64,000 bases of DNA from Dehalococcoidia bacterium (GTDB lineage: Bacteria > Chloroflexota > Dehalococcoidia > UBA6926): NCBI GenBank assembly GCA_963666115.2, contig CAXXET010000004.1:64001-128000 (forward strand). The letters are read 5' to 3'. Below the pieces are notes generated by a model, which was given only the letters and a program-made list of their open reading frames with translations, searched no databases and had not been told where the DNA came from. The position numbers were made by a program, and so were the translations under genes. Shown here piece after piece: positions 42,853 through 53,070 of this stretch. Numbering within the stretch: the stretch's first letter is position 1; every line of letters starts with the position of its first letter.

Positions 42853-45800
42853 GCCGGGGAAATCAGCGCCTCGTCGGCAAACTCGCCGTTCTCATCGCTC
42901 TCCCCAACCGAGACGTCCCCCGCATCAATCCTGCCCCGCGTCTCGCGCAGCGCATCCTCGATCTCCGCGCCCGTCGCCCACCAGAGTTTTCCCGTCCGCA
43001 GGAACAGCAGCCCCGCAGCAGGCCGCCGTCCCGTCGCCGCCTCGATTGCGCCCGCATACACGCCAAGCTGCGTCAGGTACGCGGCGGCACGCTCAGCTTC
43101 CCCGCCCTCCTCCACGCGGTCCGTCTTGAAATCCACCACCCGCCATTCGCCCCCCGCCTCATACGCAAGGTCGATGCTGCCGTGAACGGCGACCCCGTCC
43201 CACGCCCACGAAAACGGCAGCTCGAAGTGTTTCCGCGTGGCCGAGTCGCGCAGCGTCGCCGCCAACTCGGATGTATCGAAATCGTCGAGCATCCCGTCCA
43301 CGTCCGCCGCGATGTTCGCCAAATCCTCGTCGCTTAGCCGCGCCCCCAGCCGGTCGGCCAACGCCGCCGCGTCGGGCCGCGCACCCACCTTAAACCACTC
43401 CTCGATAGCCGCGTGCGCCACCGTGCCGCGAATGAGCGCCAACGGATCGGACGCCCCGCCCCCGAATCGCTGCTCGTGGCGCTCCAGCGCCGTCGCGGGC
43501 GTGCTCGACCGTATCGGAATCGCGCCCCGCCGCCCAATCAACGGCGCGTCGGCCTCCTGCTCCGACTCCGCAGGCGGCACGGTGAACGGCGAACGCGGCG
43601 CGCGGCTGCGTATCGATGCCATGTCCACGCCCACCGGCGCATGGACGTGGGTGTGCCCGGCGTGCGCCGGGTTGCTGAAATCATTGAGCCACGTGGCCCT
43701 GGTCTCGTTCGCCGCAAGGGAGCCACTCACGGTGAGCAGGTCTGCCGCGCGTGTGGCGGCGACGTACAGCAGCCGCTTGTTCTCCGCTTCCTCTTCGCGC
43801 TGTTCAAGCGCCCTCAGATAGTTGTGAAAGGCCGGCTGCCTGCGCCCCGTTTCGTCGTCCCCCACCTCGCGTTCCAGCGTCAGGGAGATGCCTTCTTCCG
43901 CCCGCCACAGCACGGCGGAGGAGCGTGGCCCGCCCTGCGTCGGTCCGGCATCCGCAAGGAAGACGATGGGAAACTCCAGCCCCTTGGCGGAGTGGATGGT
44001 CAGCAGCCGCGCGGCGTCCCCGGCGTCCGGCGCGGCTTGCGGCGCGCGTATGTCGAGGTCGTCCCGCAGCGCCCGGATGTGCTCGACGAACTCATCCACT
44101 GTCTTGTCCGCCGCCGCCCGCGCCATCCCCGCGAACTGCCGGATGTTGGCCAAAACCTGCTCCCCGCCCCGCAGCGGCGCCCACGATGCCTCGTAGTTCG
44201 TCAGGACCAGCGCCCGTTCAACCAACTGCTCAGGCGAAGCCAACCGCGATTCCTCCCGCAGTTGCTCCAGCACGCGGGCGGCATGGACGCAGAGCGGGCG
44301 CGTCTGCGGCAGGACGCCGTCCGACGGGTTCCCCAGCGCATCGAGCAGCGTGCCGTCCGCCTGCGTCAGTGCGACCAGCGATTCGTCGTCGATGGCAAAG
44401 AACAGCGACCGCAGCAAGCCGACGAGCGCAATATCATTCGCAGGCTCCGCAAGCCACTCCAGCAGGTTCGCCAGGTCGATGATCTCGGCGCGGTTGTAGA
44501 AGCCGCCGCCGGACGCCGTGCGGTACGGAACGCCCTGGCTCTCCAGCGCCCGCTCGTACTCATCAACGTGGGACATGCGGCGTATGAGAATGACAATATC
44601 GCCGGGCGCGGCAGGGCGATAGTCGTTCATGTCTTTGTCCCAGACCCTGTACCCGCCGTCCACCAGTTCCCTGATGCGGCCGGCGATCATGTGCGCCTCC
44701 ATGCGCCGTTTCTCGGAGTCGCTGGGACGTCCGTCCTGGCCGGAATCGGCGTACTCCCGCGCGATGGGCATAACCTCAACGAACGGCGCGCCTGGGCGCG
44801 AAGGGCGGGCGGACGACATCGCCTCCATCCGCGCCTCATACTCCTCAAGACCCTGCCCCAGCACGTCCTCCATGACGGCATTAAGCGCGCCCACCAGGTC
44901 GGGATGCGACCGGAACGACGTGTCGAGCGAGATTATCTCCCCCTCGTCCCGCCCAACGTCCGCCGTCAGCCTGTTGAGGTTCCGCACGTCGCTGCGGCGG
45001 AAACGGAAGATGGATTGCTTGACGTCGCCAACGAAGAACTGCTCAGGTGGCCTGCCCCCCGACTCCGCGTCGCCGTCCGTCAACAGTTTCAGGAACTCGA
45101 ACTGTGTGGGGTTGAGGTCCTGCGCCTCATCCACCAGGACGTGGCGGAAGCGCGAGCGATAGCCCGCCGCCGTCCCCGGCGACGCGCGCAGCAGCTCAAT
45201 GGCCTTCAGTTCGAGGTCGAGGAAATCCAGCGCCGAGAGTTCCCGCTTGCGCGCCTCATACCGGTCGCGCGCCCCGCGAAACAGCCCCCGCAGGGATTCC
45301 AGCACAGGCAGCGCATCCGTGTCCGCGTCGTTCCAAATGAACGGCGCAACCTCTCCGTACATGTTCTTGATGGCGCTAAGAGCGCCCCTGACTGCCTGCG
45401 TGCTGGCCGACCACGCCTTGGCTGACCCGCCGCGCACCGTCCCCATGAACGAGGCGTTGAGCAGGCGATGCAGCAAGTCCTCCGAATCCCCCTCCAGGGG
45501 ATCGCCGATGGTTTCAGCGACCCAATCCGCCAACGGCGTGAGCGCGTCGGTCTCGTCGGGATTGCGAACCTTATCAAGCCACGACAGCCGCTCAACAAGT
45601 TCCCGCCGCAACACCGCGAGCTTCTGGTCCACGTAGTTCGCAAGCAGCAGCCGCAGGTGAACGCCCCACTCCGCCGCCGTGTCCCCGTCCAGCGCGGCAT
45701 ACGCCTGCTCCACCTCGTCGCGCCGCTCCACCATGCGCGGCAGGGCGCTCTGCGCGGAAAAGACGCCGAGGCCCAGCAGGGCGTCCACGCCCGGCCCCTC

Positions 45801-46211
45801 ACCTGCCGCCGCAGCCTCCACGGCGTCGCGGCAGGCGCCGAGCAGCTCCATCTGCGCCTCATCCTCGCCCAGCACTGCCGCCGCCGGGTCGATGCCCGCC
45901 TCAACCGGGTTCTCTCTCAGCATCTGGAGACAGAGCGAATGGATGGTGCCGATGACGGCGGTGTCAAGATGCTGCTTGTGCCGCGCCAACTCCGGGCGCG
46001 ACATGACCGCCTCCCGCACGCGCCCGCGCATCTCAGCCGCCGCCGCGTCCGTAAACGTCACAGCAACAAGCTGATCGATGTCGTGGTCCTCCAGCAGCGA
46101 GACGTAGCGTTCCACGAGCACCCGCGTCTTGCCGCTGCCCGCCCCTGCGGTGACAACAACATCACGCCCGCGCGTCTCAACCGCCCGCCGCTGGTTCTCG
46201 GTCAGATTCAC
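42849..46211 (-). CDS. addA: AddA-like UvrD helicase with PD-(D/E)xK nuclease
   Basis: AGAGSGKT, DEAQD, VGDVKQSIFRFR, TIHSAKGLEFP, LYVAATRA, GSIDL..VVDFKT; GTG 46211 overlaps the addB stop. Confidence 0.92.
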   Translation of the reverse strand: MNLTENQRRAVETRGRDVVVTAGAGSGKTRVLVERYVSLLEDHDIDQLVAVTFTDAAAAEMRGRVREAVMSRPELARHKQHLDTAVIGTIHSLCLQMLRENPVEAGIDPAAAVLGEDEAQMELLGACRDAVEAAAAGEGPGVDALLGLGVFSAQSALPRMVERRDEVEQAYAALDGDTAAEWGVHLRLLLANYVDQKLAVLRRELVERLSWLDKVRNPDETDALTPLADWVAETIGDPLEGDSEDLLHRLLNASFMGTVRGGSAKAWSASTQAVRGALSAIKNMYGEVAPFIWNDADTDALPVLESLRGLFRGARDRYEARKRELSALDFLDLELKAIELLRASPGTAAGYRSRFRHVLVDEAQDLNPTQFEFLKLLTDGDAESGGRPPEQFFVGDVKQSIFRFRRSDVRNLNRLTADVGRDEGEIISLDTSFRSHPDLVGALNAVMEDVLGQGLEEYEARMEAMSSARPSRPGAPFVEVMPIAREYADSGQDGRPSDSEKRRMEAHMIAGRIRELVDGGYRVWDKDMNDYRPAAPGDIVILIRRMSHVDEYERALESQGVPYRTASGGGFYNRAEIIDLANLLEWLAEPANDIALVGLLRSLFFAIDDESLVALTQADGTLLDALGNPSDGVLPQTRPLCVHAARVLEQLREESRLASPEQLVERALVLTNYEASWAPLRGGEQVLANIRQFAGMARAAADKTVDEFVEHIRALRDDLDIRAPQAAPDAGDAARLLTIHSAKGLEFPIVFLADAGPTQGGPRSSAVLWRAEEGISLTLEREVGDDETGRRQPAFHNYLRALEQREEEAENKRLLYVAATRAADLLTVSGSLAANETRATWLNDFSNPAHAGHTHVHAPVGVDMASIRSRAPRSPFTVPPAESEQEADAPLIGRRGAIPIRSSTPATALERHEQRFGGGASDPLALIRGTVAHAAIEEWFKVGARPDAAALADRLGARLSDEDLANIAADVDGMLDDFDTSELAATLRDSATRKHFELPFSWAWDGVAVHGSIDLAYEAGGEWRVVDFKTDRVEEGGEAERAAAYLTQLGVYAGAIEAATGRRPAAGLLFLRTGKLWWATGAEIEDALRETRGRIDAGDVSVGESDENGEFADEALISPA

Positions 46212-49084
46212 GGCCTGCGTTCCTTGTACCTGCTGAATGCGTTGACGCGGCAAACGTGCTTCATCGCGCAGTACGCGGGGCACGTGGGAACCTGCGGATT
46301 GACGCGAAAATCCCCGCGCTCCACAAGGTCGCGCTTGTCCTGCAAGACGTCCGCTATCCCGTCCAGAACCGCCGCATCGTCGTCGTTGAGGCTGTCCAGC
46401 GCCCAGGGCTTTAGGTCGCGCGGCGACGGCAGCTTGGCGTACGCGACCTGGATGTTCGCGTCTCTGCCGCGCGGATGTTGCCGCATGGCGTAGGCGTACA
46501 GCGGAAGCTGCGCGCTCTTTCCCTCCCGCACGTCCTTCTGCGACGGAATGCGCCCCGTCTTGTAGTCATAGATGAACAGCCCGGGCTCCGCCGATTCGTC
46601 CACGCGGTCGATCTTTCCATGGATTCGCAGCGGCGGATTCGTCGAGATTTCCTCGTCGAACTCAAGCTCCGTGCCGAGAACGCGAAAGTCGCTGTCAGTC
46701 CCGTTCAGCCCGTCCTGCGCCTCCAGCATCCGCGCAATCCGGTCGCGGTAGCGGTCCCATTCCAGCCGCCACAGCGCCGCCCTGCCGAACCCCCGCTCCT
46801 CCGGCGCGCGCATCCACGTCTCCCGCCCCGCCGTATCGACATACGCCATCACGCGCTCCAACGCCGTGGCAGACAGCGGCTCATCCCGCACGAACGGCTG
46901 CTCAAATGCCTTTTCCAGGATGTCATGAATGATCGTGCCGCGTATCGCCGCGTCCCCTTCGTCGGATTCGTCATCCAGCTCTTTGAGGCCGAGGACGTAC
47001 CTGCCAAAGAACTGGAATGAGCACGTGATATAGGAGTCCAACGACGACGCGCTCCACCGCGCGCCCGCCTCCGTCATCCGGGGCGCAAGCCCGCCCGCAA
47101 CCTGCCCCTCGTATTTGCCCGCAAAGCTGAACGACCGCCGCATGTGCTCAATGTGGGCGGCGATGCGAACCACGTCCCACGAATTGCTTTCCCCTGACCG
47201 ATCCTTGGGCGGACGCAAGGCGAGACCATCCCGCCACCCAAGCGCGGAGGCGATGGCAAGTTCACGCCGCGAGGCGGTTTCCTGCGGGTTGGAGTCACCG
47301 GCCGGCGGCACGGGTTCAGCCTCAGCCGCGTCGAACGCCCACGCCGCCGTGACGGGCTTGCCGCCCTCATTGATCCGGTACCGCCACAGGGCCGTTGACT
47401 CGTCTGCCCGTGACGTCACGGACTGCCAGAGTTCGTCCTCCGTTGAGCGCGGCGCGGGCGGGAGCGACAGGCCGGCCCGTCGCAGGGATTCCCGCATCGC
47501 CTCATTCAGCAGTTCCCCGGAGCGGCGGCCCGCCGGAAACTCTCCCTCCGACAAGCCCCCCACCACGACGTGCCGGAAGCGCAGGCCGTGCATCGTGTGC
47601 ATCGGCGCAAGCAGCACGCCGCCCGGCGTCCGCCGCATCAGGACGGGCATGGCTAGACGCCGGTTCAGTCGTTCCTGGAATCTCTCATACGGCTCGGGCT
47701 CATCCGTGTCGGCATCGCCGGGCGCATCGGCCATCTCGGCCAGGTAGGCGCGCAGCCGCTCGATGGACTGCGCCGTTTCCTCATCGAAATCGTGGGAATC
47801 ACGGAGCCAGCCGTTCTCGCCGAACAGCGCGTCGGCCAGACGCCGTTCCCGCCCAACGGCATCCGATTCAAGCCCGTCGAGCAGTTCGCCCATCCCCTCC
47901 GCCAACCGTTCGGCCTGCTCGCGGCCGGACCACACGCCGTTTTCCCGGGCTGCCGCCATGAAGCTCTCCACGTCATCGGCGGAAAGGCCCCACCGGCCCA
48001 GGTTGACGATGCCGCTCCGCAGTACTGCCGCGATGTCCTTGACACGCCACCCGTTCTCCGCAATGCCGAGCAGACGCCGCAGCCACGCGCCGACGGGCGT
48101 ATCGCTCAACCGCGCCCCGCCCGCCGGATCGAGCGGAATCTCATACTCCGCAAAGATGCGGCGCATCATTCCCAAATACGGCGTCACTTGCCGGAACGTC
48201 ACCGCGCAGTCGGACGGCCTCAGCGTCGGATCGTCCGCCATCAGCCGCTTGATCTGCCGCGCAATCTCCCGCGCGTGCTGCTCGCGGCTCCCCGCCTCCC
48301 CCCTCGTCATGCGCGGCGCTGCTGCGTTGTCCGCAGGCGGCAATCCCGTAACGGTCGCGCCGGGCAGCGCTGCTTTCAGCCGCTCAAGGTCGTGCCCAGA
48401 GCGTTCCGATGCCGAGTCGTCTATCGTGACAATCATATCCGCCCGCGCGGCCAACGCCGACAGCAGCCCCAACTCGCCCGCCGTGAACCGCTGAAAACCG
48501 TCCGCCATCACGACGCCCGGCACGTCCGCGCCCGACTGGACGGCCCGCGCGGCTGCGCCATTAATCTGCATCGGGTGAATCAGCCGCGACTGCTCCAACT
48601 CATCGAGGTAGGCGGCGTAGATCTCCGCAAGGGCGCGGGCGGGTTGAGAGTCGGACTGCCCTGCTGCGCGGCTCAGCGCGCCCGCGTCCGTCTCCTCCTC
48701 CATCAGGCTGCCGGCAGCCGCCGAGATCATCGTCACGAAGCCCGCCGATCTGACTATCGGCGCGAAATACGACGCTGCCCCGCCCCCGTTCACCATTCGC
48801 CGCGCCACCCGGGCCAGTTCGTCGATAGCGCGTGCGCTGCTGAGAACCGGCGCGCCGGACGTCAAGCTGTGGCTGAGCATCGGCAGCGTCTCGACGCGCA
48901 GATTCATCGCAACCGGATATTCCTGCACCAGCCGGCGACGCAGTTGGTCCGCGTGGCGAATCGTCGGCACGAGGACGAGCGCGTCCGCGAACGGCTCGTC
49001 GCGATACCGCGCGGCCAGCCGCTCAACGATGCGCCGCGTCTTGCCGCTGCCAACCCCGCCCGTGATGATCTCCGCGTTAGGCAT
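46208..49084 (-). CDS. addB: AddB-like nuclease subunit
   Basis: GSGKT, degenerate helicase, CSFQFF plus CPAYCAMKHVC Fe-S staple, GKIDRVD..YDYKTG. Confidence 0.88.
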   Translation of the reverse strand: MPNAEIITGGVGSGKTRRIVERLAARYRDEPFADALVLVPTIRHADQLRRRLVQEYPVAMNLRVETLPMLSHSLTSGAPVLSSARAIDELARVARRMVNGGGAASYFAPIVRSAGFVTMISAAAGSLMEEETDAGALSRAAGQSDSQPARALAEIYAAYLDELEQSRLIHPMQINGAAARAVQSGADVPGVVMADGFQRFTAGELGLLSALAARADMIVTIDDSASERSGHDLERLKAALPGATVTGLPPADNAAAPRMTRGEAGSREQHAREIARQIKRLMADDPTLRPSDCAVTFRQVTPYLGMMRRIFAEYEIPLDPAGGARLSDTPVGAWLRRLLGIAENGWRVKDIAAVLRSGIVNLGRWGLSADDVESFMAAARENGVWSGREQAERLAEGMGELLDGLESDAVGRERRLADALFGENGWLRDSHDFDEETAQSIERLRAYLAEMADAPGDADTDEPEPYERFQERLNRRLAMPVLMRRTPGGVLLAPMHTMHGLRFRHVVVGGLSEGEFPAGRRSGELLNEAMRESLRRAGLSLPPAPRSTEDELWQSVTSRADESTALWRYRINEGGKPVTAAWAFDAAEAEPVPPAGDSNPQETASRRELAIASALGWRDGLALRPPKDRSGESNSWDVVRIAAHIEHMRRSFSFAGKYEGQVAGGLAPRMTEAGARWSASSLDSYITCSFQFFGRYVLGLKELDDESDEGDAAIRGTIIHDILEKAFEQPFVRDEPLSATALERVMAYVDTAGRETWMRAPEERGFGRAALWRLEWDRYRDRIARMLEAQDGLNGTDSDFRVLGTELEFDEEISTNPPLRIHGKIDRVDESAEPGLFIYDYKTGRIPSQKDVREGKSAQLPLYAYAMRQHPRGRDANIQVAYAKLPSPRDLKPWALDSLNDDDAAVLDGIADVLQDKRDLVERGDFRVNPQVPTCPAYCAMKHVCRVNAFSRYKERRP

Positions 49085-49146
49085 ACCGCAATTGTAGGAA
49101 AGAATGGGCGCGCGCGTCCCCCCAAGCCGCCCCGTACACTATCCCT

Positions 49147-49572
49147 ATGACCTTTCTCGAAGTCACAGTCCTGGTAACGCGATGGGCGCACGTCATCGCC
49201 ACCGTCGCGTGGGTAGGCGGCAACATCTTCTACCTTGCCGCCCTCCGCCCCGCCATGCGAAACCACCCTCCCGGCTCGACGGACCTCCCCCGCGTCATCG
49301 GCGAGCGATTCAAGCGCATCGTCGACCTCTCCATGTGGGTGCTCATCATCACCGGCGCGCTCCTCATCTACGACCGCCTAACCCAGCAAATCGCCCTTGA
49401 TTACGCCGTCATCCTGGGAATCAAACTAGCCCTCTCAGCCGCCATGTTCCTAATAGCTTTCTCCATAGGCCGCCGAGCCTCCCGCCGCCTGGTCTCCCCC
49501 ACCAACACCCTCCTAATCCTCGGCCCCATAGTCATCCTCCTGGGCCTCCTCCTCCGCTTCATAGGCGGCTAA
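49147..49572 (+). CDS. Four-TM membrane protein (CopD/DUF2269-like)
   Basis: RWAHVIATVAWVGG, LIITG, IKL motifs. Confidence 0.65.
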   Translation: MTFLEVTVLVTRWAHVIATVAWVGGNIFYLAALRPAMRNHPPGSTDLPRVIGERFKRIVDLSMWVLIITGALLIYDRLTQQIALDYAVILGIKLALSAAMFLIAFSIGRRASRRLVSPTNTLLILGPIVILLGLLLRFIGG

Positions 49573-49579
49573 ACGCCCA

Positions 49580-49606
49580 TGTCATTCTGAGCGCAGCGAA
49601 GAATCC
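49580..49606 (+). repeat. TGTCATTCTGAG-family palindromic repeat
   Basis: Identical to 7833-7859 and 18612-18638. Confidence 0.9.
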
Positions 49607-49685
49607 AAAAACTAGACAGATTATCCCCATCGCGGGATGATACCCCCACAATCGGCGGGTGTGGCAGAACAGGGGGAGGACTGTC

Positions 49686-52148
49686 ATGACTGACCAGAAC
49701 GGAAACGAAAGCCCATCGGCGCTTGCCCACCTCCGCGTCCTCGACCTCGGCGGCCCAACGCCGCAATTCGCAACCCGCCTCCTCGGCGACCTCGGCGCGG
49801 ACGTAATTAAAGTAGAGCCGCCCGGCGGCGACCCCCTCCGAATGCAGGCCCCGTTCGCCGGCGGCGCGCCCCATCCTGAGCGCAGCATCCCGTTCATTTT
49901 CGATAACCACAACAAGCGCAGCGTCGTCCTGGACATCGAGACCGATGAGGGTCGCAGCGCGCTAAAGCGTCTCGCCGCCACCGCCGATGTCATCGTCGAG
50001 TGCTTTGACCGGACCTACCTGGATGACTGCGGCATCGGCTACGAAGACCTCTCCCAAACCAACCCGCGCCTCATTCTCGCCTCCGTCTCCCCATACGGAC
50101 GAACCGGCCAGCGCAAGGACTACGCCGGCACGGAGCTAACCGTGCAGGCCATGACGGGCGTCATGTACATCCACGGCGATAGCGAGGAGCGCCCGTGCCT
50201 CGTTCCCGCCGAGCAGCTCTACCGCGTAACGGGATTCCACACGGTTCTCGGCATCATGGCCGCCGTCCGCGCCCGCCGCCTCACAGGCCGTGGCCAGCAG
50301 GTGGACGTGTCCATGCAGGACGTCGGCCTGTGGCAGTTGATGGTCGTTCTCGGCGAATACTCCTACTCCCAGTACATCAGGCGCCGCGCCGGCTCCGCCC
50401 CCAGCAACCCCGGCGTCTCCATCTTTGAGTCCAGCGACGGCGGCTTCGTCCAGACCTCCACCTACATGGATCGCCATTACACCCGCCTCGCGGAATGGCT
50501 CGGTTCGGACGCCGTGACCCCGGAAAACATGCTTGATCCCGTCTGGCGGCGCGACAACATCGACCTCATCGACGCCGTCATGGTGGATTTCATTGCCCAC
50601 ATTGACCGTGACGACTTTGTCGACGAAGGGCAGAAACGCGGCATCCCCTCTACTGCCATCCACACCGTGTCCGAATTCGTCAACCATCCCCACCCAAACG
50701 CGCGCGACTGGTTCGAGAACCTGGAGCACCCCGTAATCGGCCCATACAAAACAGCCGGCGCCCCATTCCGCATGAGCAAGACCCCCTGGCGCGTCACCAA
50801 ACCCGCCCCCCAACTAGGCCAACACACCGACGAGATTCTCTCTGAAACTGTATCCGAATCCCCCGCGAAGGCGGGGGGCCACGCCGCCCCCGCCGTCATT
50901 CCCAGCGCCCCCGCCCGTCATTCCGGCGAAAGCCGGAATCCATCCGGCCTCCCCCCCACCCCCAAACCCCTCGAAGGAATCCGCGTCGTTGACTTCACCC
51001 AGGCCGTCGCAGGCCCCGTCGCCACCGGCTTCCTCGCATTCCTCGGCGCGGACGTCATCAAGGTGGAAACGGACGCCCACCCGATCGCCCGCAGGCCGGA
51101 CGCCCCCGCCTTCGCCGAACTCAACCGCGGCAAGCGCAGCGTGAACATCAATGCCCAGAACCCCGAGGGCTATGAGGTCGCCCTGCGCCTCGTCGCCGAA
51201 TCCGACGTTGTCATCGACAACTGGCGCGCAGGCGTCATGGACCGCATGGGACTCGGCTATGACAAGCTCGTGGAGGTCAAGCCGGACATCATCGCCGTCC
51301 AGATGCCAGGCCTCGGCCTCACCGGCCCCTCCCACCACTTCACCACCTACGGCCAGATGATCTTCGGCTTCTGCGGGCTCGGCTACGTCTGGGGGCATGA
51401 GGGCAGCCAGATGACCACCCGCCCCAAGCTCGGCTACACCGACTACGTCGCAGGCTCTGCCACCGTCGGCGCGATCCTGACCGCCCTCGAACACCGCGCC
51501 CAGACCGGCGAGGGCCAGTTCATCGAAGTGGCGCAGTTGGAGGGCTTGGCAGCAACGCTCGGCGCCCTCTACATGGACTATTCCATTAATGGCGTCGATG
51601 CCCAGCCGCGCGGCAACCGCTCCGAGCGCATGGCCCCGCATGAGGTCTACGCTTGCCTCGGCCATGATGCCTGGTGCGCCGTCGCCTGCCGTGACGACGA
51701 TGATTGGCGGCGGCTGGTCACAGCCATGGAATCCCCCGAGTGGGCGCAGGACGCCAGGTGGGACACGCTGGAAGGCCGCGTAACTAACAAGGAAGAACTC
51801 GACCGCCGCATCGGCGAATGGACGGCCACGCTGTACCCGCAGCAGGTCTTCGACCGCCTCCAGCGCAGCGGCGTCCCCGCCGGCATGGACCAGGGCCCGG
51901 ACAAGCTCGTCTGGGATCCCCACCTGCGGGAGCGCGGCGCAGTCGTCACCGTCCCGCCGCCCGCCCCCTGGAACGTCGGCCCTCCGCTCACCCACCCCGC
52001 CCTAACCGCCCGCCTCTCCGAAACCCCCGGCCAATCAGACACCCCAGCCCCAACCTCCGGCCAACACAACGACGACATCTACCGCAACATCCTCCACCTA
52101 ACAGAGGACGAAATCACCCGCCTAACGGAAAGCGGAGCGTTGGTATGA
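49686..52148 (+). CDS. Tandem-domain family III CoA-transferase (CaiB/BaiF)
   Basis: Two LRVLD/IRVVD..LGADVIKVE..NKRSV/GKRSV domains; the linker contains palindromic repeats. Confidence 0.92.
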   Translation: MTDQNGNESPSALAHLRVLDLGGPTPQFATRLLGDLGADVIKVEPPGGDPLRMQAPFAGGAPHPERSIPFIFDNHNKRSVVLDIETDEGRSALKRLAATADVIVECFDRTYLDDCGIGYEDLSQTNPRLILASVSPYGRTGQRKDYAGTELTVQAMTGVMYIHGDSEERPCLVPAEQLYRVTGFHTVLGIMAAVRARRLTGRGQQVDVSMQDVGLWQLMVVLGEYSYSQYIRRRAGSAPSNPGVSIFESSDGGFVQTSTYMDRHYTRLAEWLGSDAVTPENMLDPVWRRDNIDLIDAVMVDFIAHIDRDDFVDEGQKRGIPSTAIHTVSEFVNHPHPNARDWFENLEHPVIGPYKTAGAPFRMSKTPWRVTKPAPQLGQHTDEILSETVSESPAKAGGHAAPAVIPSAPARHSGESRNPSGLPPTPKPLEGIRVVDFTQAVAGPVATGFLAFLGADVIKVETDAHPIARRPDAPAFAELNRGKRSVNINAQNPEGYEVALRLVAESDVVIDNWRAGVMDRMGLGYDKLVEVKPDIIAVQMPGLGLTGPSHHFTTYGQMIFGFCGLGYVWGHEGSQMTTRPKLGYTDYVAGSATVGAILTALEHRAQTGEGQFIEVAQLEGLAATLGALYMDYSINGVDAQPRGNRSERMAPHEVYACLGHDAWCAVACRDDDDWRRLVTAMESPEWAQDARWDTLEGRVTNKEELDRRIGEWTATLYPQQVFDRLQRSGVPAGMDQGPDKLVWDPHLRERGAVVTVPPPAPWNVGPPLTHPALTARLSETPGQSDTPAPTSGQHNDDIYRNILHLTEDEITRLTESGALV

Positions 52149-52156
52149 AAACCCTC

Positions 52157-52258
52157 CGTCATTCCGGCGAAAGCCGGAATCCATCCCCGCCCGTCATTCC
52201 CGCCGCCCCACCGTCATTCCCGCCACCCCGCCCGTCATTCCCGCGAAAGCGGGAATCT
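52157..52258. repeat. CGTC-type palindromic repeat cluster (two full, two half units)
   Basis: Full copies at 52157-52183 and 52233-52258; cgtcattcccgcc halves at 52192 and 52212. Confidence 0.85.
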
Positions 52259-52300
52259 ATGACTCATTAGTCGCCTGACATCAAAGTAGGAGGAACAAGA

Positions 52301-53050
52301 ATGGCTATCAAATGGGTTGGTGTGGACGGGTATAGCGGAGGCTGGGTCATCGTCAGCTTTGATGAGGACAGCAATTTCTTCCATGGGGTGTCGGATACTT
52401 TTGACGAAATCGTTGCGGAATTTTCAGATGCCGAGTTGATCCTGGTTGACATACCGATTGGATTGTCTGAGGGCGCTGAGCCGCGAACCTGTGATGTTGA
52501 AGCGCGACAGCTTCTCGGTAGGCCGCGCGGTTCGTCAGTTTTTCGCACCCCTTCCCGCAAGACCGTAGAGCAGATCGACGAGAATCCGGGTGACTACGAA
52601 GCTGCCAATCAGATTGAACAGGCGACGGCGAACGTTGGTCTTACCCGGCAAGCCTTCGGAATCGGCGGCAAGATTTATGAGGTGGATGCAATCGTAAGGG
52701 ACCCAATCCGCTCTTCTCACCCCATACGCGAAGTTCATCCTGAGCTATTGTTCTGGGCGCTGAACGGCTGTAAGTCGATGCGCCATAGGAAGCGCACACG
52801 TGAGGGTGTTGCGGAGAGATTGACAGTGCTAGGAGAAATCGAAGATCGCGCTGAGGAAATCTTTAAGGATGCATTGGAACACTTAGCCCAGGTTGGTGTC
52901 AGAGCAGACGACATTCTTGACGCGCTGGCCGCCGCACTTACTGCGTGGCACTGTCACGATAACTTGAGGTCAATCCCGGAGGAACCCGAATTCGATAAGC
53001 AAGGGCTGCGCATGGAGATGGTGTTCTGTCCTTGCGCCGATGGAGAATAG
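52301..53050 (+). CDS. DUF429 predicted RNase H-fold nuclease
   Basis: VGVDG..GW, VDIPIGL, RTCDVEAR, SSVFRTP, EVHPEL, DDILDA. Confidence 0.85.
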   Translation: MAIKWVGVDGYSGGWVIVSFDEDSNFFHGVSDTFDEIVAEFSDAELILVDIPIGLSEGAEPRTCDVEARQLLGRPRGSSVFRTPSRKTVEQIDENPGDYEAANQIEQATANVGLTRQAFGIGGKIYEVDAIVRDPIRSSHPIREVHPELLFWALNGCKSMRHRKRTREGVAERLTVLGEIEDRAEEIFKDALEHLAQVGVRADDILDALAAALTAWHCHDNLRSIPEEPEFDKQGLRMEMVFCPCADGE

Positions 53051-53070
53051 AGAAAAAAGGAGGCACCCCA

